From Macrostomum lignano (lineage: Eukaryota), in assembly GCA_002269645.1 (NCBI GenBank), contig NIVC01001200.1, positions 1 to 64,000 of the forward strand: a DNA stretch of 64,000 nt, read 5' to 3'. Below are positions 12,605 through 26,254 of this stretch, piece by piece (within the stretch, counting starts at the first letter, position 1; each line of letters opens with the position of its first letter). Below the pieces are notes generated by a model. That model was not told the DNA's origin and ran no database searches. It saw only the letters and a list, made by a program, of their open reading frames with translations. Position numbers and translations under genes: made by a program.

Positions 12605-14300
12605 TGAATATTGTGAATTAGACATTGTGAATTATACATTGTGAATTATACACTGTGAATTAGACATTGTGAATGATATATTGTGAATTAGACATTGTGA
12701 ATTCGACATTGTGAATTAGACATTGTGAATGATATATTGTGAATTAGACATTGTGAATGATATATTGTGAATTAGACATTGTGAATTAGAAATTGTGAAT
12801 TAGACATTGTGAATTCGACATTGTGAATTAGATACTGTGAATTAGACATTTTGAATTAGATATTGTGAATTGGACATTGTTGATTAGACATTGTGAATTA
12901 GATATTGTGAATGAGATATTGTGAATTATATATTGTGAATTAGACATTGTGAGTTAGACATTGTTGATTAGACATTGTGAATTAGACATTGTGAATTAGA
13001 CATTGTGAATTAGAAATTGTGAATTAGACATTGTGAATTCGACATTGTGAATTAGATACTGTGAATTAGACATTGTGAATTAAACATTGTGAATTAGACA
13101 TTGTGAATGATATATTGTGAATTAGACATTGTGAATTAGACATTGTGAATTAGACATTGTGAATTAGAAATTGTGAATTAGACATTGTGAATTCGACATT
13201 GTGAATTAGATACTGTGAATTAGACATTTTGAATTAGATATTGTGAATGAGATATTGTGAATTATATATTGTGAATTAGACATTGTGAGTTAGACATTGT
13301 TGATTAGACATTGTGAATTAGACATTGTGAATTAGACATTGTGAATTAGACATTGTGAATTAGAAATTGTGAATTAGACATTGTGAATTAGACATTGTGA
13401 ATTAGATACTGTGAATTAGACATTGTGAATTAAACATTGTGAATTAGACATTGTGAATGATATATTGTGAATTAGACATTGTGAATTAGACATTGTGAAT
13501 TAGACATTGTGAATTAGAAATTGTGAATTAGACATTGTGAATTCGACATTGTGAATTAGATACTGTGAATTAGACATTGTGAATTAGATATTGTGAATGA
13601 GATATTGTGAATTATATATTGTGAATTAGACATTGTGAGTTATTAGACATTGTTGATTAGACATTGTGAATTAGACATTGTGAATTAGACATTGTGAATT
13701 AGAAATTGTGAATTAGACATTGTGAATTCGACATTGTGATATCGACATTGTGAATTAGACATTGTGAATTAGAAATTGTGAATTAGACATTGTGAATTCG
13801 ACATTGTGAATTAGATACTGTGAATTAGACATTTTGAATTAGATATTGTGAATGAGATATTGTGAATTATATATTGTGAATTAGACATTGTGAGTTAGAC
13901 ATTGTTGATTAGACATTGTGAATTAGACATTGTGAATTAGACATTGTGAATTAGAAATTGTGAATTAGACATTGTGAATTCGACATTGTGAATTAGATAC
14001 TGTGAATTAGACATTGTGAATTAGATATTGTGAATGAGATATTGTGAATTATATATTGTGAATTAGACATTGTGAGTTATTAGACATTGTTGATTAGACA
14101 TTGTGAATTAGACATTGTGAATTAGACATTGTGAATTAGAAATTGTGAATTAGACATTGTGAATTCGACATTGTGAATTCGACATTGTGAATTAGACATT
14201 GTGAATTGGACATTGTGAATTAGACATTGTGAATTAGACATTTTGAATTAGACATTTTGAATTAGACATTGTGAATTCGACATTGTGAATGAGATATTGT
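12605..14300. repeat. 14-bp minisatellite (GACATTGTGAATTA), ~120 copies with repeated variant blocks
   Basis: Directly visible tandem repeat. Confidence 0.95.
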
Positions 14301-14647
14301 GAATTGCATTAGACCCTGTGAACAACCGGCCTGTTCTGAAATCTGGTGCCAACCCAACGGGGTTTTGGGCAAAGCTTGGCACTCCAAGTTCTGGCCCACG
14401 GCCTCCTTGGACGGAGAGACGAAGCTGCTGCCGCGTGGGCGGACTTTGAGGCCAGAAAAAAATAGTCAGTGGGAATCCGCAGCGCCTCTGCTGCATCCGC
14501 TGGCAGCCTCTGTTTCCCACCGGACCTCCGCCAGCCAATTAATTGCCAAATGAAGCACTGAAGGCGGCTCACGCAGATCTGAGATCTCTCAGAGTCTCCT
14601 GCTGGCTTTTCTATGCTGCTCATCGGAATCGGGTCTGGCTTTGCTAA

Positions 14648-15275
14648 AGGGTGAGATTGGATGCTTGTGGGGTGAGATTGGATGCTCACTGGGTGAGATT
14701 GGATGTTTGTGTGTTGATATTGGATGAGATTGGGTGAGATATTTGATGCTTGTTGGGTAGAAGCTTTTAAGGCGAGATAGGATGCTTGTATCATGAGATT
14801 CGATGCTTTTAGGTGCGATTGGATTTTTTAGGGCGAGATTAGATGCTTGAGAGAAGATTAAATGCTTGAGGGTGAGATTAGATCTTGAAGGGTGAGATCA
14901 GATGCTTGAAGGGCGAGATTAGATGTTTGTAGGGTGGCATTGGATGCTTTTAGGGTGGCATTGGATGCTTTTAGGGCGAGATTAGATATTTGTAGGGTGG
15001 CATTGGATGCTTTTAGGGTGCGATTGTATGTTTTAGGGTGAGATTAGATGCTTGAGGGCGAGATTAGATGCTTGAAGGGTGAGATTAGATGTTTGTAGGG
15101 TGGCATTGGATGCTTTTAGGGCGAGATTAGATGCTTGAAGGGCGAGATTAGATGTTTGTAGGGTGGGATTGGTTGCTTTTAAGGTGAGATCAGATGCCAT
15201 TAGAATATGATTGGATGCAAAAAGTTCGAGATTATATTAAATTGACATTGGATGATTTTAAGATGAGATCAGATG
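14648..15275 (+). repeat. degenerate 20-21-bp minisatellite family A (GGGTGAGATTAGATGCTTGAA)
   Basis: Direct. It is the reverse complement of the array at 16795-17100. Confidence 0.9.
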
Positions 15276-15831
15276 ACTTTCAATTAAGAATAAATGCTTT
15301 TCTGTAGACTGCAAGTTCTCAGCTGACATGAAATGCTTGTGTTTTTTTCAAAAAAACTTCTAGGCAGTTCCCAGTCACGCCCCACTGGTTCAGCATTAAA
15401 GCAGCTGCCTCAGATGAGGCTCGAGACAACGGCAAACTGGCGGAGCGAAGTCAGCGCCTCGCGTGCGGGCATCGGTGCAGGTGAAGGCGAGGGTCGATGG
15501 GAGACCTGAGCTGCCTTGAAAGGGAGGGCAAAACCAATATTGGGGAGGCGGCGATCGAGCGGGTTCCGGACAGTCTCTGAAATTCAAAATTGCAGATCCG
15601 TGGCGGGAGGCTGGGGAGCCGCTCCGGAACTTAGCGAAGATCGATTCGAAGGAAAAGCAAATTTCAGTCTCCAGTTCGGCCTCACCTGGGAGTTCCCGAT
15701 CGAATCCAGGAAGAAGGGAGTTGAGCACGGAACTCACGGCTACCCCATCCCAGGTGGGACTGACGGCGCTGCAGTCTAATCCTAAATCTTTATCGGATGA
15801 GGCAAATCCGTGCAGTTTAATCTACTTCTGC

Positions 15832-16377
15832 ATGCAGGCTAGATTAGCAATCCATTCTATTCCTGCATCATCCATGCAGGCTAGATTAGCAATCCATTCT
15901 ATTCCTGCATCATCCATGCAGGCTAGATTAGCAATCCATTCTGTTCCTGCATGCAGGCTAGATAAGCAATCCATTCTGTTCCTGCATCATCCATGCAGGC
16001 TAGATTAGCAATCCATTCTGTTCCTGCATCATCCATGCAGGCTAGATTAGCAATCCATTCTGTTCCTGCATCATCCATGCAGGCTAGATTAGCAATCCAT
16101 TCTGTTCCTGCATCATCCATACAGGCTAGATTAGCAATCTATTCTGTTCCTGCATGCAGGCTAGATTAGCAATTCATTCTGTTCCTGCATCATCCATGCA
16201 GGCTAGATTAGTAATCCATTCTATTCCTGCATGCAGGCTAGATTAGCAATCCATTCTATTCCTGCATGCAGGCTAGATTAGCAATCCATTCTGTTCCTGT
16301 ATCATCCATGCAGGCTAGATTAGCAATCCATTCTGTTCCTGCATCATCCATGCAGGCTAGATTAGCAATCCATTCTG
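15832..16377 (+). repeat. 42/35-bp minisatellite family B (ATGCAGGCTAGATTAGCAATCCATTCTGTTCCTGC[ATCATCC])
   Basis: Direct. It is the reverse complement of the array at 17998-19449. Confidence 0.95.
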
Positions 16378-16794
16378 CACCTCAGACTTCGCTGGTTCCG
16401 AGGGCTGAGCAGAAATGTGGCTGCCTGCTTGTCACTCCAGCCTGCCAGCTCATCAGTTCGCGACCCCCGGACTAATCAGGGGGGGGGGGGGGGTAGGGGC
16501 AGCCGCTCATTTTTCGCCAAATTCCTGCGGTCTGAGGAAGTCACGAAAACCCTCAGCCCCGAATTTCAGAGAATTCAATCTCCAATGCCTAATTAGCAGC
16601 GAGAATTTCTGATTTTCAATCTCGAGTGAATTCTAAAGGTCTCTGAGGTGAAGAAAACAATTTGAACACTTTTATGACTGCTCTGGCTACCTCGGCAGAC
16701 AGGTGACTGCTTGCTATAGCATGCTTGGACTGAGCTTTAATAAAATTTGGCTGACGAAGGCTAAGATCATCCCAAAAGTATGCAATCACTACTT

Positions 16795-17100
16795 CCGATC
16801 ATACAATCTCATCCTTCAAGCATCCAATCTCACCTTCAAGCATCCAATCTCACCCTCAAGCATCCAATCTCACCCTCAAGCACCCAATCTCACCCTCAAG
16901 CATCCAATCTCACCCTTCAAGCATCCAATCTCACCCTTAAGCATCCAATCTCACCCTTCAAGCATCCAATCTTACCCTTTAAGCATCCAATCTCACCCTC
17001 AAGCATCCAATCTCACTCTTTAAGTATCCAATCTCACTCCTTAAGCAGCCAATCTCACCTTCAAGCATCCAATCTCACCCTTCAGGCATCCAATCGCACC
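16795..17100 (-). repeat. minisatellite family A, inverted orientation (CATCCAATCTCACCCTTCAAG)
   Basis: Direct. Confidence 0.9.
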
Positions 17101-17997
17101 TATCAAGCGCATCTCATCAAAGCATACAGCCAGTGGACAGTTTATTTTGCCTGAATATTTAACCACACAAAACTGACACACAGTCCCAGCGCATGCAGCC
17201 GCCCCCAATGCACCCAAGCCGCCATCAGAAAATTGATGCAGACTTTGTGGCGGTAGCTCTGACAGGATCTGATGCAGCGGCTGCTCTAGGGCGGCACCGG
17301 GATTTGCGGGTGGGGTGGGAGGTTTTGGCGGCCCGCAGCAGGATGCGGCCCGTCAGGTGAGAGTCAATCAAGAACCCGCGATCGATGATTAATTGCAGCT
17401 AATTTGCGTCCCGGAGGCCATGCCGAGAGGTTGGAGGACATTTGAGCTGGTTTGCTGGCAATAAAATCGCCATCCTCATCGATGCTGCAGCTGTTCTTGA
17501 CAAACTCAATAAAAATGGGATGAATTTTCGCTAAAGCACTACTCACATGAAAGTAGTAGAGTTTGTAGCATTTTACAGCATATTTCTGCAAGGATTGTGA
17601 ATCATGACCGTGACTGACAGAGCGCTCATCCTCGCACTAAAAAGAAAAGCGAGATCGTGCTCAAGACTGCGCCGATGCGGATTGTCGCTTCTTTACCGGG
17701 GCGACCCCACGCGTAGGGCAGTGCCCCCCCCCCATGCCCCCCTGCTCTCTGGCTTTGATCAGCAGCTGAAACCTGCAGCAGCAAAGACGACAAGCAGCCG
17801 CCCTGCTGCCTGTGCAAGCGATTTTTTAAGCCAGCGGACTCACCGGCTTTGTATGGGAAGCGACTGGCGAAAGGGGAGTTTTAAGGAGAATTATTAATCA
17901 CGGATCGCTGAATTCAGTGCTTGCGCTTCAATAACAGAGCTTTAATCCCACGATTTGAGGGGCGCTTTTCTGGGGAGATTAGGAATAGTATACCGAA

Positions 17998-19449
17998 CAT
18001 TGGATTGCTAATCCAGCCTGCATGGATGATGCAGGAACAGAATGGATTGCTAATCCAGCCTGCATGGATGATGCAGGAACAAAATGGATTGCTAATCTAG
18101 CCTGCATGGATGATGCAGGAATAGAATGGATTGCTAATCTAGCCTGCATGGATGATGCAGGAACAGAATGGATTGCTAATCTAGCCTGCATGCAGGAACA
18201 GAATGGATTGCTAATCTAGCCTGCATGCAGGAACAGAATGGATTGCTAATCTAGCCTGCATGGATGATGCAGGAATAGAATGGATTGCTAATCTAGCCTG
18301 CATGGATGATGCAGGAATAGAATGGATTGCTAATCTAGCCTGCATGCAGGAATAGAATGGATTGCTAATCTAGCCTGCATGGATGATGCAGAAACAGAAT
18401 GGATTGCTAATCTAGCCTGCATGGATGATGCAGCAACAGAATGGATTGCTAATCTAGCCTGCATGGATGATGCAGGAACAGAATGGATTGCTAATCCAGC
18501 CTGCATGGATGATGCAGGAATAGAATGGATTGCTAATCTAGCCTGCATGCAGGAACAGAATGGATTGCTAATCTAGCCTGCATGGATGATGCAGGAATAG
18601 AATGGATTGCTAATCTAGCCTGCATGGATGATGCAGGAACAGAATGGATTGCTAATCTAGCCTGCATGCAGGAACAGAATGGATTGCTAATCTAGCCTGC
18701 ATGAATGATGCAAGAACAGAATGGATTGCTAATCTAGCCTGCATGGATGATGCAGGAATAGAATGGATTGCTAATCTAGCCTGCATGCAGGAATAGAATG
18801 GATTGCTAATCTAGCCTGCATGGATGATGCAGAAACAGAATGGATTGCTAATCTAGCCTGCATGGATGATGCAGGAACAGAATGGATTGCTAATCTAGCC
18901 TGCATGGATGATGCAGGAACAGAATGAATTGCTAATCTAGCCTGCATGGATGATGCAGGAATAGAATGGATTGCTAATCTAGCCTGCATGCAGGAACAGA
19001 ATGGATTGCTAATCTAGCCTGCATGGATGATGCAGGAACAGAATGGATTGCTAATCTAGCCTGCATGGATGATGCAGGAACAGAATGGATTGCTAATCTA
19101 GCCTGCATGGATGATGCAGGAACAGAATGGATTGCTAATCTAGCCTGCATGGATGATGCAGGAATAGAATGGATTGCTAATCTAGCCTGCATGCAGGAAT
19201 AGAATGGATTGCTAATCTAGCCTGCATGGATGATGCAGGAACAGAATGGATTGCTAATCTAGCCTGCATGGATGATGCAGGAATAGAATGGATTGCTAAT
19301 CTAGCCTGCATGCAGGAACAGAATGGATTGCTAATCTAGCTTGCATGCAGGAACAGAATGGATTGCTAATCTAGCCTGCATGGATGATGCAGGAATAGAA
19401 TGGATTGCTAATCTAGCCTGCATGCAGGAATAGAATGGATTGCTAATCT
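17998..19449 (-). repeat. minisatellite family B, inverted orientation, ~36 copies
   Basis: Direct. Units are near-identical to the reverse complement of 15832-16377. Confidence 0.95.
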
Positions 19450-19954
19450 GTCTAGTGGCAGATTCAAATCGGTGCCAGCTGCCAGGTGTTGGTTTTGAGG
19501 CCGAACTCCCCCCAGAGCAGTTTTGTTTCCGTCTGCTTTAAACCGGGGCTGCTCGGGGATTTCGTAGGGCCGGTCGGCATCGAAAGTCTGTGGAATTTGC
19601 GACCCTGGGATTTTCGAGCCGCTGCGATTAAAGGCTGCGGGACTGAAGCCGCTTCCCCCGCTGTTGTTCCGCAGGTCTTGCTTGATTGCCTCTCCTAAGA
19701 GCAATCCTCGTTCTCTTTCTGCTGCGCCTCTAGCCCTCGTGGGAATTCCTTCTGCCAGAATGAATTCAACCGATTCAAGCAAAAGCCAATCCAGTTGCAA
19801 AAGCAGCAGTCAGGTTGCTTTAGTAGAATTTTTTCTGCTGCCAATGAAATCTTCAGTTGCTTCATGCGGGCTGCCGGCTTTTATTGGGGACTCAGCAATC
19901 ACGGCTCCTGCGGCACTTGGCGGACTCGGGACTGCAGGATCGAGCCTGTCACTT

Positions 19955-20785
19955 TAGAATCCCTCTGTGACTCTGGAATCCAGTCTGTCACACTGGAATC
20001 CCGACTGTCACACTGGAATCCCGTCTGTCACACTGGAATCCCGACTGTCACACTGGAATCCCGTCTGTCACACTGGAATCCCAACTGTCACACTGGAATC
20101 CCGCCTGTCACTCTGGAATCCCGACTGTCACACTGGAATCACGACTGTCACACAGGAATCCCATCTGTCACACTGGAATCACGACTGTCACACTGGAATC
20201 CCGACTGTCACACTGGAATCCCGTCTGTCACACTGGAATCCCGTCTGTCACACTGGAATCACGACTGTCACACTGGAATCCCGACTGTCACACTGGAATC
20301 CCGTCTGTCACACTGGAATCCCGTCTGTCACACTGGAATCCCGCCTGTCACACAGGATTCCCATCAGTCACTCTGGAATCCCGTCTGTCACACAGGAATC
20401 CCGTCAGTCACTCTGGAATCCCGTCTGTCACACAGGAATCCCGTCAGTCACTCTGGAATCCCGTCTGTCAGACTGGAATCCCGACTGTCACACTGGAATC
20501 CCGCCTGTCACTCTGGAATCCCGACTGTCACACTGGAATCCCGACTGTCACACTGGAATCCCGTCAGTCACTCTGGAATCCCGTCTGTCACACTGGAATC
20601 CAGTCTGTCACTCTGGAATCCCGTCTGTCACACTGGAATCCCGTCTGTCACACTGGAATCCCGTCTGTCACACTGGAATCCAGTCTGTCACTCCGGAATC
20701 CCGTCTGTCACACTGGAATCCCGTCTGTCACACTGGAATCCCGTCTGTCACACTGGAATCCCGCCTATCATACTGGAATCCCGAC
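19955..20785. repeat. 20-bp minisatellite (CTGTCACACTGGAATCCCGT), ~41 copies
   Basis: Direct. Confidence 0.95.
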
Positions 20786-21634
20786 TCCGGATTCTGGACC
20801 TCAAGATGATGCAGCGAGGCTGAGGGAGTTAACCCGCTCCACCCCCGGCAGCCCCTGAGTTGCGAGCTCTCAAATTTCCTTCAATTCAAGCAGCTGCTCA
20901 GCCAGAGAAGGCCTCGGCGGGGGGCCTTCGCTCCAGTAGATTTATGAAATCCCACTCGACATTATTCCCAGGAGTCCCATTTCTCACATGAAATTGAAGA
21001 ACCTCGTACTAATGCGCTTTCTCCCCGAGATTCGTTGTAGGGGGGGGGGTACAAAATGGGGAGGGGAGGCTGCAGGGACCCGAGGCTTCGCGAGTGAAAG
21101 TTGAGCTTCCCGGCCCGCGATCAGGGCGGCCAGGCGGCAGGGAGAGGCGTCCAGTCAGGCGAGGCCGCCCAGAGTTCACCGAGTTTCCTGCGGCAGAAAC
21201 TTTTTGGCCTCCTCTGCCGAATATTTAGTAATTAGTGGGGCCACAATGCCCTGCTCTGACAGAGTGCAGCCTGTCTGTTTGCCCAGCCTGAGGTGAGCAC
21301 AGCATGAGATGAAGCCTCATCAACAGCTGCTCGGGCCGAGGCTCTGAGTCTGGCGGAAACGCATTGACGTCCGTCTGCAGGTGGCGGAACCGGCAAAGCC
21401 CTTGGAGACCCCTTGGGAACTGGGAGACTCGAGTGCGAGGCCTCGACTGGGCTCGAAAGGCTGGAGGAACCGGGATGGCGGCTGCGCGGCCACGTGGCTT
21501 GGGGATAAAAATAGCTCCCTGCCTGCAGTTTGCCTGTTTGCTCGGGTTGGGGCGGGCTGGAGGACAAAGTTGACAGCGATGGCAATCCAGCTCGGAGCCT
21601 GCGTGTTGCTATGGGCTGAAAACTGGACTCGAAA

Positions 21635-21905
<271 letters not shown>

Positions 21906-22349
21906 CACACAGGCAGAGCCGGAGTCTCGGAACCTGGTCTATGCAAATTGGGAACTGCATTCCCCAAATATGAGGAGCGGCAAGCGGGGATTTGCCGGGC
22001 AAAAATTGTTGCTCGCAGGAGAGCCGAGAGAGCGAAAGTCCGGCAGCTTCTCAGCAGGCAGTCAAACAGCTGGGGAGATCCGCTCGGCCGTGTGGGCGTG
22101 GCTGGGAGGCAATAAAACTGGGGAGGGGGCTTCCGCTTCGGCAGCGCAGAGCCCCTCCTCTCTTCACCTCCCTTTGGGATTTTAAATGATTTTTTTGCTT
22201 TTTTATTTTTCTCTTTCACCCCGGATTTATTCTTCAATTAATTCTTCAATTTAGAATCAGCCGGTTTTTGCTGAGCAGTTTTACTTGGGAAGTGGCTGGT
22301 CTGGGGCCGAGAGAGCAGGGAACAAGCGGACTTAAGACTTAAGGGTAAA

Positions 22350-24022
22350 AGTGAGTGAGATCGGGAGTGAGATTGGGAGTGAGATCGGGAGTGAGATCGT
22401 GAGTGAGATCGGGAGTGAGATTCGGAGTGAGATCAGGAGTGAGATAGAGAATGAGATTCGGAGTGAGATCAGGAGTGAGATAGAGAGTGAGATTCGGAGA
22501 GAGATAGGGAGTGAGATCGGGAGTGAGATAGAGAGTGCGATTCGGAGTGGGATCGGGAGTGAGATCAAGAGTGAGATCGGGAGTGAGATCGGGAGTGAGA
22601 TAGAGAGTGAGATTAGGAGTAAGATAGGGAGTGAGATAGAGAGTGAGATTAGGAGTAAGATAGGGAGTGAGATAGAGAGTGAGATCGGGAGTGAGATAGG
22701 GAGTGAGATCGGGAGTGAGATAGAGAGTGAGATTTGGAGAGAGATAGGGAGTGAGATCGGAAGTGAGATAGAGAGTGAGATTCGGAGTGAGATCTGGAGT
22801 GAGATAGAGAGTGAGATTGGGAGTGAGATCGGGAGTGAGATCGTGAGTGAGATCGGAAGTGAGATAGGGAGTGAGATCGGGAGTGAGATAGAGAGTGAGA
22901 TTGGGAGTGAGATCGGGAGTGAGATCGTGAGTGAGATCGGAAGTGAGATAGGGAGTGAGATCGGGAGTGAGATAGAGAGTGAGATTGGGAGTGAGATCGG
23001 GAGTGAGATCGTGAGTGAGATCGGAAGTGAGATAGGGAGTGAGATCGGGAGTGAGATAGAGAGTGAGATTGGGAGTGAGATCGGGAGTGAGATCGGGAGT
23101 GAGATAGAGAGTGAGATAGGGAGTGAGATTGGGAGTAAGATAGAGAGTGAGATTAGGAGTAAGATCGGGAGTGAGATCGTGAGTGAGATCGGGAGTGAGA
23201 TAGGGAGTGAGATCGGGAGTGAGATAGGGAGTGAGATTCGGAGTGAGATAGAGAGTGAGATCGGGAGTGAGATAGAGAGTAAGATTCGGAGTGAGATCGG
23301 GAGTGAGATAGAGAGTGAGATTGGGAGTAAGATCGGGAGTGAGATCGTGAGTGAGATCGTGAGTGAGATCGGGAGTGAGATAGGGAGTGAGATCGGGAGT
23401 GAGATAGAGAGTGAGATTCGGAGTGAGATAAAGAGTGAGATCGGGAGTGAGATAGAGAGTGAGATTCGGAGTGAGATCGGGAGTGAGATAGAGAGTGAGA
23501 TTGGGAGTAAGATCGGGAGTGAGATCGAGAGTGAGATCGTGAGTGAGATTGGGAGTGAGATAGGGAGTGAGATCGGGAGTGAGATAGGGAGTGAGATCGG
23601 GAGTGAGATAGAGAGTGAGATCGGAAGTGAGATAGAGAGTGAGATTCGGAGTGAGATCTGGAGTGAGATAGAGAGTGAGATTGGGAGTGAGATCGGGAGT
23701 GAGATCGTGAGTGAGATCGGAAGTGAGATAGGGAGTGAGATAGGGAGTGAGATAGAGAGTGAGATTGGGAGTGAGATCGGGAGTGAGATCGTGAGTGAGA
23801 TCGGAAGTGAGATAGGGAGTGAGATAGGGAGTGAGATAGAGAGTGAGATTGGGAGTGAGATCGGGAGTGAGATCGTGAGTGAGATCGGGAGTGAGATAGA
23901 GAATGAGATTCGGAGTGGGATCGGGAGTGAGATAGAGTGAGATTCGGAGTGAGATAGGGAGTGAGATCGGGAGTGAGATAGAGAGTGAGATAGGGAGTAA
24001 GATGGAGAGTGAGATTGGGAGC
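22350..24022. repeat. 12-bp purine-rich minisatellite (GAGTGAGATCGG/GAGTGAGATAGA), ~140 copies
   Basis: Direct. Confidence 0.97.
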
Positions 24023-24489
24023 GAGTCACTCAGGGAGGAAGACAGATTGATAGCTGGGCAGGATGAAGGGGAGAATTCAACAACACACATTGAATAAATT
24101 TCCATTCACAATAATGAGAATAAAAATTCTTCCCAAGCCCAACCGAATTGGCGAAATACGTGCAGCCGATGCCCCAAATTGTACTTTTAAGCCAACGCCT
24201 TCCGGCCGCCACCCCCGATCCGCGTCATCCACCTGCGCCCTCCCTTTGTTCTCACGGCCAGCTCAAAGCGGACTCGAAAGCGTCACTCGGGCCGCCGGGG
24301 CGTGGCTGGCGGGGACTTCGGCGGCGGCCCAAAACAGGCCGAGGGCGTCGGCCGGCGGCTTGCTGAAGGATGAGAGGGGGAAAAACCCATTCTTAGGGGC
24401 CAAGGAGGCCATGAACCAGAATTTGGAGTGCCGGAGTTTTTCCCGAAACTTTGAGACGCAGAGATCAATGTAATCCTGTTCGGTTTGCA

Positions 24490-25638
24490 CAGAGTGAGGC
24501 AGAGTGAGACAGAGTGAGACAGAGTGTGACAGAGTGAGACAGAGTGAGACAAAGAGTGAGACAGAGAGAGACAAAGTGAGACAGAGTGAGATAGAGTGAG
24601 ACAGAGAGAGACAGAGTGAGACAAAGTGAGACAGAGAGTGAGACAGAGTGAGACAGAGTGAGACAGAGTGAGACAAAGAGTGAGACAGAGAGAGACAGAG
24701 TGAGACAAAGTGAGACAGAGAGTGAGACAAAGAGTGAGACAGAGAGAGACAAAGTGAGACAGAGTGAGACAGAGTGAGACAGAGAGAGACAGAGTGAGAC
24801 AAAGTGAGACAGAGAGTGGGACAGAGTGAGACAGAGTGAGACAGAGTGAGACAGAGAGAGACAGAGAGAGACAGAGTGAGACAAAGTGAGACAGAGTGAG
24901 GCAAAGTGAGACAGAAAAAGAAAGAGTGAGAAAGAGTGAGAAAGAGTGAGACAAAGTGAGACAGAGTGAGACAGAGTGAGACAGAGTGAGACAGAGTGAG
25001 ACAGAGTGAGACAGAGTGAGACAAAGTGAGACAGAGAGAGACAGAGTGAGACAGAGTGAGACAGAGTGAGACGGAGTGAGACAGAGTGAGACAAAGTGAG
25101 ACAGAGAGAGACAGAGTGAGACAGAGTGAGACAGAGTGAGACGGAGTGAGACAGAGTGCGACAAAGTGAGACAGAGGGAGACAGAGTGAGACAAAGAGTG
25201 AGACAGAGTGAGACAGAGTGAGACAGAGAGAGACAGAGTGAGACAAAGTGAGACAGAGAGAGACAGAGTGAGAAAGAGTGAGACAAAGAGTGAGACAGAG
25301 TGAGACAGAGTGAGACAAAGAGTGAGACAGAGAGAGACAGAGTGAGACAGAGTGAGACAGAGTGAGACAAAGAGTGAGACAGAGTGAGACAGAGTGAGAC
25401 AGAGTGAGACAGAGTGAGACAGAGTGAGACAAAGTGAGACAAAGTGAGACAGAGAGAGACAGAGTGAGACAGAGTGAGACAAAGAGTGAGACAGAGTGAG
25501 ACAGAGTGAGACAAAGAGTGAGACAGAGAGAGACAGAGTGAGACAGAGTGAGACAGAGTGAGACAAAGAGTGAGACAGAGTGAGACAGAGTGAGACAGAG
25601 TGAGACAGAGTGAGACAGAATGAGACAAAGTGAGACAG
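24490..25638. repeat. 10-bp purine-rich minisatellite (GAGACAGAGT), ~115 copies
   Basis: Direct. Confidence 0.97.
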
Positions 25639-26254
25639 ATTGTCTACCTTCCGGAATGAAATGAAACTCTAAGCCAGAAGTGCTGCAGATACTTCTCGCC
25701 CATCTCCTGTGCGCGAACTGAGGCAGGAGTCCGCTCTCCAGATCCTATTTCAAGGCTTCCTTGGCCAAGTTATATTTTTAGCCGCAGGTGCAGCCCATGG
25801 GCGGTGCCCGGAACCCGCCAGTCCCTGCATCGGGAGGGGCTGCAAGTGGTAAAAATAGAAAAAAGTGTCCAATATTTGCTCTGATTAAATTAATTGCCGC
25901 TGCGATGGTGGGCCGCGGGCTCTCAGAATCCCCAGCTGGGAGTCAGAGCCTGTCGCTTGATGAAGCTGGTTGATGAAGGATACGGCAGCTGGGGAGGGGG
26001 GAGGCGGGCTTGATTGAAAGTGCCGGAAATTAATTGAAAATGAGGAATAAAAATTGGCGGAGCCGAATGAAACACGGAATTCTTGGGACAGGGAATGGCG
26101 AAGATGTGCAGCCCCGGTGCTCAGCTGAGTGAATTAAATTGATTTCTAGGAAAGACAGTAGACTCAACAGGCGGCGGGCTGGAAATCAATGATGACAATA
26201 AGTACTCAAAATGATTAGCGATCAGTTTTACTAAGGTTTAAACCTTGAATCGGT

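Noticed and set aside
15832-19449. CRISPR-like appearance of the palindromic 35-42-bp repeats
   Set aside because: No unique spacers, no cas genes, and the context is eukaryotic.
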